A stretch of 7,741 bases of DNA, from contig CAJINV010000026.1 of the NCBI GenBank assembly GCA_905178155.1, forward strand, positions 158,935 to 166,675, given 5' to 3'. Of the stretch, positions 6,965 through 7,741 are shown piece by piece (positions within the stretch are counted from its first letter, which is position 1; each line of letters opens with the position of its first letter). The notes under the pieces were generated by a model, which saw only the letters and a list, made by a program, of their open reading frames with translations, did not search any database and was not told the DNA's origin. The translations under genes were made by a program, and so were the position numbers. This DNA comes from Amoebophrya sp. A120 (lineage: Eukaryota; Protista; Dinoflagellata).

Positions 6965-7734
6965 CTAGCAGCTAGTCTCGAACTAGCACAGACCTGTGGG
7001 AAAAGGAGAAAATGGCACTGACTCGATCAAGCTCAGGATCGAGAAAACACTAACTGGAACTGCCCGGCAGAGGCAAAATTTTTCGATCACTGACCCTACA
7101 CTAGTCTTCGTTTTCCATCTTGCTTAGGTTCAGCACATTGATCTCACCCAAAAAACAAAAATATGGCAAAACATAAATCAACCCCCCCAGCGCTCGCCTC
7201 CCTGCGCTCGTCCTCTCTTAGGTTTAACGGGTTGGTTACCGCCAGTGCCACAGAGCCGAACCAGAGCAAGATGGAAAACAACCAGGGTCAGTGATCGGAC
7301 AACCCAAATCACTAATGATTGGCACACCCAATCATCTCTCACCACATTCTCGTCGGAGCAGCTAGCGCCGCTGCTCCGAAGTGGTACAACATCAAAAACA
7401 ACCAGCCAGGGAAGCGCCAGCGTTCCTCTGCCAACTGGCCCAACACACAGTCCCGCATGGACAAATCAGAAAGCCCCTGCATCCCCCAGACGACAACACG
7501 TCTCCTGAGTAAAAAGATGCAGATATCAACATGCTACCATCGGCAGGGGCGCGACTCCCTGAAAACACGAAGAGACTTCCACGACAGCAAAACCACAAAA
7601 CAGTAGTCGTTTGCTGCGCAAGTTTCTCTACGGTTTTGGTTACCGTAACGGGTGGGGATCTTCGTACATAAAATATTGACCGACCATCCTCGGCCTTGAC
7701 TCACAGGCTCGCAAGACCTGCTGGTGCTCGGTCA
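6965..7734. ncRNA. Putative large structured RNA or structured leader upstream of the recombinase; strand and limits unknown
   Basis: A dense series of perfect stems plus the long-range inverted repeat, with no credible ORF. Stems include 6971-6987, 7022-7043, 7315-7335, 7353-7379, 7473-7480/7543-7550, 7585-7616 and 7677-7734. It matches no RNA family I recognise. Confidence 0.5.
7084..7297. repeat. Bipartite long-range inverted repeat
   Basis: CGATCACTGACCCT (7084-7097) is the exact reverse complement of 7284-7297 (14 bp). GTTTTCCATCTTGCT (7110-7124) is the exact reverse complement of 7265-7279 (15 bp). There is an imperfect extension at 7125-7134/7255-7264. Confidence 0.92.
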
Positions 7735-7741
7735 TACATTT

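Larger units (their letters stand above)
4141..7741 (-). mobile_element. Candidate tyrosine-recombinase mobile element (DIRS/Ngaro-like or Crypton-like); boundaries approximate, right end probably outside the window
   Basis: Two co-oriented intron-less ORFs (YR and CCCH protein) sit in non-coding DNA that is A/C-skewed on the + strand and hairpin-rich, unlike the GC-rich left flank. No termini or target-site duplication were identified. Confidence 0.6.

Noticed and set aside
7245-7606. ORFs of 87, 95 and 68 aa upstream of the recombinase
   Set aside because: They have no protein features and mostly non-ATG starts; the region is better explained by nucleic-acid structure.
4234-7675. TATTTTATG / CATAAAATA as terminal inverted repeats of the element
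   Set aside because: The match is only 9 bp, AT-rich, does not extend convincingly, and similar words occur internally.

Overview
This window looks eukaryotic (probably a protist; inferred from a CCCH zinc finger, splice-acceptor-like tracts and satellite DNA) and is rich in repeats. Positions 1-~1079 are a tandem array of a 94-bp hairpin-containing unit, with two alternating variants. Positions ~1080-3350 are unique sequence with no recognisable gene. Positions 3353-3880 are a foldback-like cluster of ~11-bp GAGAGG units in both orientations. From ~4141 to the window end lies a candidate mobile element with two intact minus-strand genes. The first is a 339-aa tyrosine recombinase (5839-6858) with a full R-K-HxxR-W-Y catalytic set. 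The second is a 258-aa protein with a C-terminal CCCH zinc finger (4707-5483), possibly Gag-like or RNA-binding. No reverse transcriptase is visible in the window. The roughly 880 nt upstream of the recombinase is non-coding and dense in stem-loops, with a long bipartite inverted repeat and a pair of order-swapped motifs. The most interesting hypothesis is a tyrosine-recombinase element associated with a large structured RNA. The right boundary is probably outside the window.
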